A stretch of DNA of 64,000 bases from Octopus vulgaris (taxonomy: Eukaryota), in contig OX597814.1 of assembly GCA_951406725.2 (NCBI GenBank), positions 86,056,001 to 86,120,000 on the forward strand. The letters are read 5' to 3'. A program made the translations under genes and the position numbers. The notes beneath the pieces were generated by a model that did not search any database, was not told where the DNA came from, and was given only the letters and a program-made list of their open reading frames with translations. Positions 1 to 13,880 of this stretch are shown piece by piece. Numbering within the stretch: position 1 is the stretch's first letter; the number at the start of each line of letters is the position of its first letter.

Positions 1-163
1 GCCAAACACCTTAAGCATATAAATTTCATCATGATTATTTTATATGATATTCAAATGTATATAAATTCATAAAATTTGCGTATATATGAGTACAGGCATG
101 CATACATATACGTACTCAGACACACACTCATACACACATGCGCGCACATACACAAACTCACAA

Positions 164-195
<32 letters not shown>

Positions 196-206
196 GAGTG
201 TGTATT

Positions 207-252
<46 letters not shown>

Positions 253-1365
253 TATACATATATACATACATATATGCACGCACAAAGGGAAATGTCTTGC
301 ATATATATGTGTGTATGTTTGTATATGCAAGTATATACATATATATGTATATATATGCAAGTATATGCATATATATGTATGTATGCAAATATATGTGGGT
401 GTATGTATGTTTGTGTGTGTGTGTGTGTGTGCCTACTATTTACATGTACACACGTATACATAAGAATGTATGTTATTAAAGTTTTTCTCTTGCATACAAG
501 TGCATTTAAATATTTTGCCCACTTACATACTAATGCGTATATATGAACATATACTTAGATTATACTTCTGTGCAAACACTGACTTACATTCATAATTGCA
601 TATACAAATTCTGTCCCTGGATTTTAGTGTAAATAGTATATTTTGATACCAAAATGTTCCCATAATTATACTGTTACAGTACACTATTATAAGATAACTG
701 CCAAAATAATTTTCAGGATGTTTCTGGGCTATAGAACCTTCAAATCATAAGTATTTTCTTCGTTGTTATATCGACGCGGAAAAAAAATATTTCTCCATAG
801 ATGGAAGACAGATAAAAAAAACCAAATCACATACATATGCGCGCTCACACAATGAGCACACACGCACACACTCACACACACACGGACACACATACACACA
901 CAACACACACATACGTACATACGTATGTGCATACAAACAAGAGAGAGACAAGGAAAAATATATATGTATGAAATATAGAGATACACAACCATCCACGCAT
1001 ATGCACATTCGTACACATTCGCCACGAATGCAGAAATGCGAGCACAAATTTGGTATATAACATTTTGAAATAGGGATTAAACTCTTTTGTGCGTTGGCTT
1101 ATAAAAGACTTTCAGAGTTTTAGCCTTGTAGCTTTACCTATGTTACGTAAGGGTAGGGGTTAAATGTAAAAAAATTTCGGACAAAAATAACTTATATGTA
1201 ACAGTACAACAGCCGAAACATTTTATCATGACAACATACTAATTACACTGCAATCTGGGAAAGCTCGACAGAAAATGTGTGTTTATGTGTGTGCTTTTAC
1301 ACCCCCACACAGCCACACACACACATACACTAACACATATACATATATTTCTATGTATATGCATA

Positions 1366-1406
<41 letters not shown>

Positions 1407-1556
1407 GTGTGTGTGTGATGTGTGTGTGTGTGTATGCACACTTATATTTACACACACACACATACACACACACACACACATAAATATATATACACATATA
1501 CTTACACAAACAAAAACTCACTCGCACATGTAAAGAGAAGCATGTGTGTATGTGTT

Positions 1557-1592
<36 letters not shown>

Positions 1593-1634
1593 CATATGTG
1601 TGCATTTTCTGATCACAAACATGGAAGAGATGTC

Positions 1635-1710
<76 letters not shown>

Positions 1711-1758
1711 CGGTAGTATTATGTAGTATCTAAAATATTTTTATCTGTATGTAAATAT

Positions 1759-1834
<76 letters not shown>

Positions 1835-2839
1835 TACATATATATATACATATATTACATATATATATAAACATATATATATGTATATATATGTGTGTGT
1901 ATATATATATATATACAAACAGATATATATACATACAAATATATACCGACAAATATACTATATATACATACTACACATACACAGACACACACATATACAT
2001 ACACACACCCCTCACAAATCCACAGATACACACATAAATACACACATACATATACATACATACACACACACATACATACACATATGCATACATACATACA
2101 TACATACATATATACATACATAAATACATACATGCATGCATACATACATACATACATACATACATACATACATACATACATAATACATACATACATACAT
2201 ATATACATACATGCATGCATGCATACATACATACATACATACATACATACATACATACATGCATACATACATAAATACATACATACATACATACATACAT
2301 ACATACATACATACATACATACATACATACATACATACATACATACATACATACATACATACATACATACATACATACATACATGCATGCATACATGTGG
2401 CTGTTGTTGGTGTGTAATATTTGGGAAGACAGCCATAAAATATAGTTTGCACTTTGGCAGTCATTGCTACATAAAACATATCACATTGGCTAACTGTTTT
2501 TTTTGAAAATGGTTTACACACCTCTTTATGCTGACTGAAGCACACGCATCATAACAAACACGAACACAGTTAGATTACATTAACAGTATCGTTATTCTCA
2601 GTCTCTTTCACATACACAATATGTGTGTGTGTATTTGCATGTGTGTGTGTGTGTGTGTGTGTGTGTATACGCATGCATACATATGCATATACATACACAT
2701 ATATACATACACACATATATATGTATATATATAATACATATATTCATATACACACATGTGTGTATATTTATATGTGTGTGTGCGTGTGTGTATAAATATA
2801 TATATATATATATGTATATACATATATATGTGTGTGTTT

Positions 2840-2874
<35 letters not shown>

Positions 2875-2917
2875 CAAAGTAAAAATGGAAGGTACCGCAC
2901 GAGAGAAAATATTTAGG

Positions 2918-3867
2918 GAAGAGGATTTGAAAATGCAGAGGTCTTTTAAAGATGTTTATTGACTTGAGTGGTTTCACTTTTTTAAAAAAAGATCTTTAAA
3001 AGTAAAATGTGTAGCCTTTGTGGTGTTAAAAAATGGTTATCATAGATGTATTAAAATACAGTGATACAGTCTTTGACAATGATAAGAGAATGTTGAGAAA
3101 TAGAATCTTTGACAATGATAATAAAATTTTAAGAGGGGCTTTTTGTTTAAATAGTTTGCATGAAAATATTCAATATATGTATTAAAATAAATTGATAACT
3201 ATTTATAAGTTCTTCAAAAATCATGATTGTATATAAGCACATATACAGAAAGACTTTGTAGACAGTATTTGATAGGAGAAAGCGAGTATTGCTTAGTCAG
3301 AAATCATATTTAAGTATTTATACAGAATTTTAGGAGAATGACCAACCTTTTTTCTTAATTTCTGATGAAGATTTAACGGCAGGAAACAGAGATGCGGACA
3401 GAGGCGTCGAACTCCCTTCTTGCTGAAGTGCCACGTATCAGAGGTGGTTTCACATACTAGTGTAGCTTATTCAACAGTGGTGCCTCAGCATGGCCGCAGC
3501 TTTCGGGCTGAAACATTTTTAAGGATTTAAGGATTTAGCAATATACGCTTTCTCCTATCAAATACTGTTCACAAATTCTTTCTGTATATATATGCTTATA
3601 TAGAATCATGATTTTTGATGAACCTATAAATAATTATGGATTTATTTTACTACCTATTCTGAACAATTTTATGTAAACCATTTAGACGCACAGCCCCTCT
3701 TAACATTTTCTTATTATTGTCAAAGACTGTATCACTGTATTTTAATACATCTATGATAACCATTTTTTAACACCACAAAGGCTACACAAAGCCTTATATT
3801 TTACTTTTGAAAATGCGAAACCGGTCAATTCAATAAACAACTTTATCTGCATTTTCAAATCCTCTTC
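2918..3867. repeat. Long imperfect inverted repeat (arms ~2918-3293 and ~3537-3867, spacer ~245 bp)
   Basis: gaagaggatttgaaaatgcaga (2918-2939) is the reverse complement of 3846-3867. 3008-3080 is the exact reverse complement of 3716-3788 (73 bp). Inner ends 3262-3293 and 3537-3568 also match. Confidence 0.95.
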
Positions 3868-4004
3868 ACTAGATATATATATACGACGTAAGTTACCAGC
3901 AGAAACTTACGCATAGACATGCTTACATTAATACACACACATATACACACGTACATACACAAATATATACATGTATATATATGTGTGTGTATGTGTGTGT
4001 GTGT

Positions 4005-4096
<92 letters not shown>

Positions 4097-4139
4097 ATAT
4101 ATGTATATATACATATATACATATATATATATATACATA

Positions 4140-4267
<128 letters not shown>

Positions 4268-4780
4268 TAGAAATACCACACTTTACGAGGATCCGCTTTA
4301 CATTAACCCGGATTTACGTACTTTATTTTTCAAGCACATGATCCAAGTTCTGAACGACGTGTAAAAAGTTTCTGTTACCTTAACAGATGCTTCTGAGTGT
4401 TACCGAGATATTTATAGAGAGGGAAGAAAAAGATGCTTCTAAGTAAACAACTCTAGACTTGTTTTTTAAAAAGAAATCTACAAGTCCGTTTACGAGTGCT
4501 TGTGAATTGGCTCTCGCGTCTTCAAGTGATGGTGTACGCGAGAAAACGATTATAATAATAATACTTTTTATTATAAATGATCTTGACATTCTTTTTACTT
4601 TGCTAAAAAATATTTTTTTACATTCTACTGTTGTTTTATTGGAATTTATTTACGATTATTATAAATTTTATAGGTAAAATATTTTTCTGGAAACGAATTA
4701 CGATTTATAACATTTCTACAACGGGAAATTATTGCTCCGCTTCACGAGTAACCGCTTTATAAGCGTTCTCCGGGAACATA
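4268..4780 (+). mobile_element. Tigger/pogo DNA transposon deletion derivative with transposase C-terminal relic
   Basis: Frameshifted translation from ~4328 gives [31 protein letters not shown]...K*TTLDLFFKK, matching the Tigger C-terminal pattern DPNxER...CYRxIYxE...QTSLDxFF. Flanks carry pogo-like cgctttac/cttcacgag subterminal motifs. Confidence 0.7.
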
Positions 4781-4802
4781 TGCATATATATATATTATAT
4801 AG

Positions 4803-5188
4803 CCACAGGAGTGGCTGTGTGGTAAGTAGCTTATTTACCAATCACATGGTTCCGAGTTCAGTCCCACTGCGTGGCATCTTGGGCAAGTGTCTTCTGCTAT
4901 AGCCCCGGGCCGACCAATGCCTTGTGAGTGGATTTGGTAGACGGAAACTGAATATATATATATATATATGTGTGTGTTTGTGTGTCTGTGTTTGTCCCCC
5001 TAGCATTGCTTGACAACCGATGCTGGTGTGTTTACGTCCCCGTCACTTCACGGTTCGGCAAAAAAGAGACCGAAAGAATAAGTACTGGGCTTACAAAGAA
5101 TAAGTCCCGGGGTCGATTTGCACGACTAAAGGCGGTGCTCCAGCATGGCCGCTGTCAAATGACTGAAACAAGTAAAAGAGTAAAAGAG
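4803..5188 (+). mobile_element. tRNA-derived SINE family A (octopus OK/OR-type), full length
   Basis: Pol III A box tggctgtgtgg and B box gagttcagtccc, cttgggcaagtgtctt core, internal (TA)n(TG)n, tail ccagcatggccgc...gactgaaacaagtaaaagag. Near-identical to 16601-17009. Confidence 0.9.
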
Positions 5189-5227
<39 letters not shown>

Positions 5228-5277
5228 TGTGTGTATGTGTTTGTGTGCAAATATAAATATATATATATATATATATT

Positions 5278-5620
5278 ATCTTTTATTTGTTTCAGTCTTC
5301 CTTGAAAAGATCTTTGTTGAACGAATCGACCCTGGTACTTATTTTATTGGTCTTTCTTTAACCTAAATAACGGGGACGTTCACAAACCAATACCGGTTGT
5401 CAAGCGGCGGTGGCTTACAATCATGTACACAAAGGCACACATTGACATATATATATATATACGATGCACTTCAGTTTCCGTCTACCAAATTTACTCACAA
5501 GCTTTTGCTCGAAGCGAGGCTATAATAGAAGATACTTGGCCAAGGAGCCACGCAGTGGGACAGAAACCGGAAGCATATGGTTAGGAAGCCAACTTCTTGC
5601 CACACACCCACGCCTGCACC
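5278..5620 (-). mobile_element. SINE family A, diverged copy, tail-to-tail with the previous copy
   Basis: Reverse complement matches family A head (ggtgcaggcgtgggtgtgtgg), body (ggtagacggaaactgaa) and tail (gactgaaacaaataaaaga). Confidence 0.85.
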
Positions 5621-5999
5621 TATATATGTATATATGAATGTTTTTGTATATATGATAATTATATATACATGAATGTATATATATATATATATATATGTGT
5701 ATATACATGTATTTATACACATTCACAGATATCTTAGACGCAAATATAAAGACACACGCATGGACAATTTGTGTGCGTGTATATCTTTGTGCGTTTGTGT
5801 GCCTGTGTGTATATGAGAGTGTGTTTTCTGATTATGCGCATATTTAAGGCATATATGCATGTTTTCCAGTATAAACATCTATAACACATAAAAATGTCTG
5901 TATCTGTGATAGCACGGTGTGCGAATTGAGTGAGATCTTGCTGCTATTCCTACCAGGTCAATCGCTCTTGCAAAGCGTAAAGGTTCCCGTGATTGTTAT

Positions 6000-6085
<86 letters not shown>

Positions 6086-6272
6086 TTATTTATTTATATA
6101 TTTATTTATATATGTATGTATGTATGTATACATGTATGTGTGCGTGTATAAGGATAATATAACACGAGTTTGAAGGGAATATACCACATTGTATGATATC
6201 ATGTAGTAGCCAAATGGTGGCATAAGAGCTCTTATATGCACATTACGAGGTTTTCACCCTAATCATACTATA

Positions 6273-6305
<33 letters not shown>

Positions 6306-7085
6306 GCATTAGTTTTGCAGACGATTTCCTTAAGGAAGGCTTCCTTTGGTGGTATAGGAATGTCCTTAAGGGACATATATATATATATATATATTCCCAG
6401 ATATGATCCTGCGCGATGGAGCCGTTTCTATAACAAATTGTGTGAATTCAAAGCTGTAATTAATACTATACAACATTTAATTTAATTTTAATTTAATTTA
6501 ATTTAATTTAATTTAATTTAATTTAATTAATACTATACAATACTGTTGATAAATTGTCACTGCCACGAAACAGAATGTTTTAACTGGTGTAGGAATTATC
6601 TCCAATAATAATCTATCTCTATATATTTTCACATCTTTGTATGTATCCCTGACTATACATACATAATAACCGTTCTAAGCTAACGTGAAAGTAACTGAAT
6701 ATTCTTTAGGCACGAGTATAATCAACGTGTGAGACAAGGTAGTACTTTTTGATTTTCAAGTATAGTTCTCCAAACCGGTTTTTTTAATACAATATCTACC
6801 CAGTTTCACTTGCAAGATATTGGGCGATATAAAGACAGAAATTAATGTTTACCCAAAATGGTATGCTGTACGATCGAACTAGATTCCTCCTGGTAAGAAT
6901 AAGTAGCAAACTTCTTAACCATTTGGCCACACTGAAAATTAAATCGATACATCAAAACTTCGCAATTCTATATCGTGTTGTTGGCATTCTTTGTGATGTT
7001 GGTATTGATGGTTGTTGCGGTGTTGGTGATGGTGTGGTATTTAGTGCCATTATATATATATATATTATATATATATATATATATT

Positions 7086-7483
7086 GGCATGGTAAAGCAG
7101 CCCGCTTTTCAACCCCATTGCTTTGGTCTCAGTACCACTGCGTGACACGTTAGGCAAGTGTCTTCTACTACGGGCTCAGGCCGACCAATCTCTCGTGAGT
7201 GAATTTGGTACTCGGAAACTATCTAGAAGCCTGTCGTATATATATTATATATATGTGTGGGGGGTTGTCTGTGTTTCTTGGTGTTTAAACACCGCCGCCG
7301 CCACCGCCACCACAAACACATACACTGCATGACAACTTATATTAGTTTTTTTTACATCGCCGTAACTTTGCGGTTCGGCTAAAAGGAACCGAGAGAATAA
7401 GTATCACACTTTAAAAAAAATAAGTACTGAAGGCGGTACCCCAGCACGGGTGCAATTCGATGACTGAAACAAGTAAAATATAA
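7086..7483 (+). mobile_element. SINE family A, diverged copy
   Basis: Contains ggcaagtgtcttctacta, gagtgaatttggta, agaataagta and ccagcacgg...gactgaaacaagtaaaa. Confidence 0.8.
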
Positions 7484-8204
7484 ACGATATATATATCTAT
7501 TTATACTTTTGCTCAGTTCAGCCATGTTTGATCGGATTTGTCTGGAAGGTACACAAATCACATCGTACCGTTCAATCGAATGGATACTTCTAGGACTACA
7601 TCATTCAAGTACTCTTGTGTTTTAAACAACAAAGCGTATTTTATAGGGTTATTTGGCTGTTGTTTCTAGTTGGTTGAGTGACTGCATAAAATCTCCTTCG
7701 TATGTCATTAGATTCTCCTGTGATGCTAGAGATGTTGCTGCTTTCACGTTCAAGCAGTTCTATGACCAAAGACATCCAAGTCGTCATCACACTGTCTTGT
7801 ATTCCAGCGTGTTCATTTCTTTCGAAGATACTAGGGTGTAATTTAAGGGATGGAAACATTGTTGTTCTTTCTAGCAACTTTAACAACCACAGAGCGTCTC
7901 GCTGGTTTGCTCGTGCAATTTGGGGTAGGATTGGTTGATATTACTAGCATGTCGAGTAATACACGCTCTTAGATTGCATTAAGTTCATTTGGCTACTATT
8001 TCTAACATGTTGAACGATCGCACAGAGGCGCCTTCGTTGACTCTTGTAATTTGAGGGAGATTTGGCTGTTATTTCTTTCAGGTCGTGCATCCTCACACAA
8101 GCTGTTTTTAGTAAATTTGGCGTTGTTGTTGGAAGTGTGAGTGATAGTAAGAGGTGGAAAGGAAACATAAATTGGTTGTTTGTTGTGGTGTTGTGTTGGT
8201 GGTG

Positions 8205-8420
8205 TTGGTGGCGGTGGTTTATCCCTAAATCAGCTGTCATCGGGCAGACCTTTGATCAGGAGCATTCCATCCATGACCATTTCATCTTTATTTCAGGTAT
8301 ATATCTCGGACTACGCTTTCCAATGTATTCCTACTTTTTAAAGTAACATGGTGTATTTTGAGAGCTGATTTGGCTGCTATTTTTACCAGTTCGAGTGACC
8401 TCACAGGACATTCCTTTATA
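8205..8420 (-). mobile_element. SINE-like family D ((CAA)n-tailed; ctagaaatagcagccaaat motif)
   Basis: The motif atttggctgctatttctagc and the body cagacct(a)tgatc...cattccagccatgaccat recur near 7500-7700, 7990, 8060, 19322-19520, 29340-29800, 54480 and in reverse at 62205-62420. Confidence 0.7.
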
Positions 8421-8784
8421 GCGTGATGCTGGCTTACAAGACGTGGTGCTGGAAAACGTTCGCAGCAGTTAAACTGATGTTTGCGATTTCGCTTTCCGTA
8501 ACCTCATAACCATTATCTTACTCTACGAGTGATTTATAGAAACTTTCGTTTTACCGAAAAACACATCTAATTCCACCCATTCACCTATTCATTGAATCCT
8601 CATGCGGCTTACACTGTCATACTGTAACGCTGCTTCCATCGGAGTTTCTTGTCTACTTTGCGTTTGTTATTTTTTCTTCTTTATTTCTTACATTACCATA
8701 AAGGTATAACTTCTTGGGGAAGTTATACTAATAGAAACCTTAAACTTTTCTCTATTACTTTCATACAGCGTAAAATAAATTACC

Positions 8785-9015
8785 TATTTCTTTACTACCC
8801 ACAAGGGGCTAAACACAGAGGGGACAAACAAGGACAGACAAACGGATTAAGTCAATTATATCGACCCCAGTGTGTAACTGGTACTTAATTTATCGACCCC
8901 GAAAGGATGAAAGGTAAAGCCGACCCCGGCGGAATTTGAACTCAGAACGTAACGGCAGACGAAATACGGCTACGCATTTCGCCCGGCGTGCTAACGATTC
9001 TGCCAGCTCGCCGCC
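8785..9015 (-). mobile_element. tRNA-derived SINE family B with Nin/Deu-like central domain (OR1-like), full length with TSD
   Basis: Minus strand reads ggcggcgagctggcagaatcgttagc (A box), gagttcaaattcc (B box), cctttcatcctttcggggtcgataaattaagtaccag (Nin-like). Flanked by tacagcgtaaaa(t)aaattacc at 8764-8784 and 9018-9037. Confidence 0.9.
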
Positions 9016-9609
9016 TTTACAGCGTAAAAAAATTACCTTGTGCTTGTTTTGTTCTTTTGTTTGTTTTTTGTTTTTTTCTAGATGTACGTTTTGTGAGTGC
9101 ATGTGTGGGTGTGGATGTAGCATGGTAAGCGGTTAGTCAATTCTCTTGGCAATCAGGAGGTCTTGGTTTTGATCCCATTTCGTGGTATTCCGACAAGAGT
9201 TTTTACCATAACCTAAAATTTCCACAAACATTGTGAGTTAATTCTTAGATACAGAAACTGTTTAGCAGTCCGGCAAATGGCTTGTACTCATAATTCAAGT
9301 GACTAGCTTGGTCACATATTAAATCACATTGATTCTTCCTGAGAGTTATGTCGCGGTTACTAATCTGCAGGACACTCCGCTATTTCACACGTTAATTCAA
9401 CGAGTACGTCATTCACTTGATCTACGACCGACTACTCATCGCTGGTCTGTGTATATATATGTACGCATATGTATGAATGTATTTATGTATGTATGCATGT
9501 ATGTATGTATATCTATACATGTCTACATGTGTATGTATATATGCATGTATGTCTACATGTGCATGTGTGTCTACATGTGCATGCATATCTTTGCATGTAT
9601 GTATATCGA

Positions 9610-9835
9610 TGAGTATACTCAGGCCATGCTACTCCAGACTGAAGACGAGCAATAACTCAGAAACTAGTCTCTGGTTGCTGGCTTAGCTGGGTGGGGGTGC
9701 TTATTTCCCCCTTGTAAACATAAGGACACAGGAAATGTGTCAAGGCTGATAAGAAGCGGTGCTGCTTCCTAGGGCTAAATAGCCGTAGTATTATTTCCTT
9801 CATGGGACTATCACATTAAGTTGACAGCATACAAC

Positions 9836-9840
<5 letters not shown>
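9610..9840 (+). mobile_element. Penelope-like element pseudo-LTR relic carrying a hammerhead motif
   Basis: Short unique island ending in (TA)n and containing a minimal type-I hammerhead. Minimal hammerheads are characteristic of Penelope-like pLTRs. Confidence 0.55.
9634..9674 (+). ncRNA. Minimal type-I hammerhead ribozyme
   Basis: ccaga-CTGAAGA-c-gag caataa ctc-a-GAAAC-TA-GTC-tctgg. Stem I is ccaga/tctgg, stem II gag/ctc, stem III is the palindrome ACTAGT, and the GUC triplet lies at 9667-9669. Confidence 0.8.
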
Positions 9841-9881
<41 letters not shown>

Positions 9882-9959
9882 TCAAATACATGCATATGTA
9901 CATACAGACATACATATAAATACATGCACATACACATACATGCATATATACATACATAT

Positions 9960-10147
<188 letters not shown>

Positions 10148-10159
10148 ATATGAATGTCT

Positions 10160-10461
10160 GTGATCTGCTTTCCCGAGAGAGGCAAGAGAGATACGTGGTT
10201 GGTCTCGCAAGCGTATGTGACCTTAGGCGTCAATAAGGTTGCAAACATACACACCTTTTTGGCTCTCCATCCCTTGAACCTACGCAACGTCGAGGATGTA
10301 ACATATAAAAGGATTGAAAGCTTCCCCACCAGTTGGCTGTTACCCATTTTCAGCAGAGGAGACTGGAGTAATATGCAACTAAGTGCTTCGACCAGAGACA
10401 CAACGTGTCGCCTGTACCGCTTCAATATGATCGTGAGCCCTACAACCGAACCAATAGGCCA
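10160..10461 (-). mobile_element. tRNA-derived SINE family C, diverged variant
   Basis: Shares head and ggactggag...aagtg...acacaacg segment with 39247-39523 and 40651-40902. Confidence 0.65.
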
Positions 10462-11120
10462 TGATACACACTCAAACCCAAGTACACACACACACACATA
10501 CACACGCACACACACACATACACACGCACACACACACACACGTACACGCAATATACACACACACACGCATGCATACATACATACATACACATATGTGTGC
10601 GCAGATCTTTCCAAAGTCTCTCTTGGTATTTCACGATATATATTCTCGATGTTATAAGCATTTTCATATATCTTCCTTATTGTGATAAACTTATTTGCTC
10701 TATAACGTAAGTATTAAATACCGTGCTATTTAAATAAGGCAATGTTTTTAGGTAACGCTATTTAAAGCTGATAATTTCATTATAAATTTAGAAATGAAGA
10801 TACTACTGTGAAAGTAACAATTGAACTATCTATATCTCAGTGCAGCGTCGCTGTATTCTAATATAGAGTAAAGCTGATTATATCAAACTTTGTAGGAACA
10901 ATCGTAGCAATTATTAGAACGCATAACCGTGTTGTTCAAAGTTCGCTTCTCTATCATGCATATATATCGTTATGGGTTTGGTTTCAATACGCAGTTCCTT
11001 GGGTAAGTTCTTTCTAGCATACTCTTGGTTTGATTCAAGCCTCGTGAGCGGAGTTTGGTTGATATGTACACAATATGCGTACATCTGCGTGCGGGTATGT
11101 TTTAGACAGACAGTCAAACG

Positions 11121-11216
<96 letters not shown>

Positions 11217-11283
11217 TGTTTCTTTATTAGCCACACAGGGCTGCACACAGATAGAACAAATTACAAGGTAGAGCTTTTCTTTT

Positions 11284-11318
<35 letters not shown>

Positions 11319-11327
11319 TGATTGATT

Positions 11328-11450
<123 letters not shown>

Positions 11451-12224
11451 TTTTGTATAGAAACGGAAAGAAAAATACTCAATACATGTTGCAGAGTTCA
11501 TATTTTTTAGGAATCAGTTATTTACTCTGTGTCCATGTGAGAGTTGCATGTTCGCTTGTTCACACAATATTTCATGTATAAGATGTAGTAACAGAATACG
11601 AACTAAAGCGAATCAGGTAGTTAAAGATGTAGCGTGATTGAAATAGTGGTGTTGTTAACAAGATTATTATGGTGTAGTCAAGTGTCACCTACCACGAAGG
11701 TCTTATTACATCAGTAAATACAGGATTTTAGAGCGTATGGAAGCTATCCAGGAAAAAAAATTGCTTCCGATGACGACAACTAGAGAATATCTCTGGTTTT
11801 CGATTGAGCGATATCACAGACGTTTTAATACTTGAAACTTTTTAGTGACGCATAGTCTGCAGTTTCGGCCTCATCTGAAGTATGGAGTAGTTTTTTTTCA
11901 ACGATGCTCCAGCTGCTCTGATTCGCTGTCTCTGAGATTCTTAATGAACTGGGGCATTGGAGTAGAATTTCCTTTTTCCTTTGCCCTAAATAAGTGTGGA
12001 TGCTAGATTTATGGAATTTCAAATATATTCACAGTGATTCCTGTTAAATGCTTTCCATACATCTCACAGATGTTATAGATACTCTTTATATCACAGCTTT
12101 TAAAAGGCAAGAATTTTAAAGCGGGTATGTAGAGGACTTCCTACAGTCCAAGTTGGCAGTTAAGCAGCTGGTGTTTAGGTGTGTGCATGTGTATGTGTGT
12201 AGACAATGGCACACACGCGCACAT

Positions 12225-12309
<85 letters not shown>

Positions 12310-12701
12310 AAGGGAGAACAATATCTGCTGATGCTTCAGTCATAAGATTGCAAAATAATTTACACAATCAAGTCCTGTGTTCAGTTATCTATTTTATTGC
12401 CCACGGTGAGATTTGAACTCAGAGTCAGTTTGCCATACTAATATTAGTAATAATAAAATTTATTATCATTTCATTCATATCTAGGCTGCATCTTATGATA
12501 GTGGTGGTTCTCAAATGTTTTCGAACTACCCTTCCTTAGCTCACTCCCTGGACATCTCTAGTGTCCTCAATACACACACACGCGTATACATACATACATA
12601 CATACATACATACATACATACATACATACATACATACATTTATACATACATACATACATACATATATACATACATACGTACATACAAAAACACACTCACA
12701 T

Positions 12702-12741
<40 letters not shown>

Positions 12742-13880
12742 CAAGTGCCTGTTTCTTTGTCTTAGATCTATTCCAAATTTAAAGCAACTAATCTGACTCT
12801 ATAAATAAGCTTATTTGTATTTCACAAATAAAATTTAATTCAATTAAGCAATTTATTTAGCAATATAAAAGGGAAAATTTATATATCTCACCTGTAACTA
12901 TATTGTCTTTCACAATTTTAACGGAATGCTTGTGCTTGGTGCAAGTATATCAGCTTTTCTGATTTGTATCGAAAAGCAGTCATTGAATTAGTTTGACAAG
13001 GGAAAAAAGAAACAATTTTTATAACATTTAGTAGATAAAAAAATATTAATCTGATTTCAGTCACATTTTTAATTCCATGCGGGCAATGTATGATGATATC
13101 AACAATAAACTCTATCCTGATATTATTTATTTATTTGCTTGTCTATTTTTAATTGAGTTTAATAATTATGATTGGATGGAATTGTGCAATTAGGTCTATT
13201 TTTATTCTTTACATGGCATGTGATGACGATTGTAGACACAAAGATATCGATTCCGATAATTAAATTGTTGTTTTTAAAACAATATAACTAATTTTTATGC
13301 ATGATATTTAGTGTTCGACTCTTTCGAAATTTATAATAAAACAACCTTCAAGCGTGCAAGAAGGAAGTCTTTGCATTTTGTTATCTGTGCCGAACTTGGG
13401 ACATTGCCACACAAATATGGTTGAATAGCAATTCTGAACATAACATCGCCTGTATATATACATGTCTATATGCATTCATGAAATGCAAATTAGCTTCAGC
13501 TGATTTTATATAAGTAGATGAATATATAGTGTACCACAAGAGAGAGACAGAGACAGAGACAGAGACAGAGAAGACAGACAGGCAGAGAATTAGCATTTTT
13601 TCTATATCATATTTTGAGGTCTTTCTCCAAGCAGGTTCTGCGACCATACCAACGCACTTCTTTGAGGGGTTTAGCCGAACAAATCTACCCCAGTACTTAT
13701 TATTTTTAAGCCGAAGTTACGGAGACGTAAACAAACTAGCACCGGTTGTCAAGCAGTAGCTGGGAACAAACAAATGCAAATGTACACAAACACTTAGATA
13801 TATGCATGCATATATACGTAAATATATATATACATACATACATACATACATACATACATACATACATACATACATACATA

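Noticed and set aside
3362-3390. CTGATGA...GAAAC in the foldback spacer
   Set aside because: Stems I-III cannot be formed.
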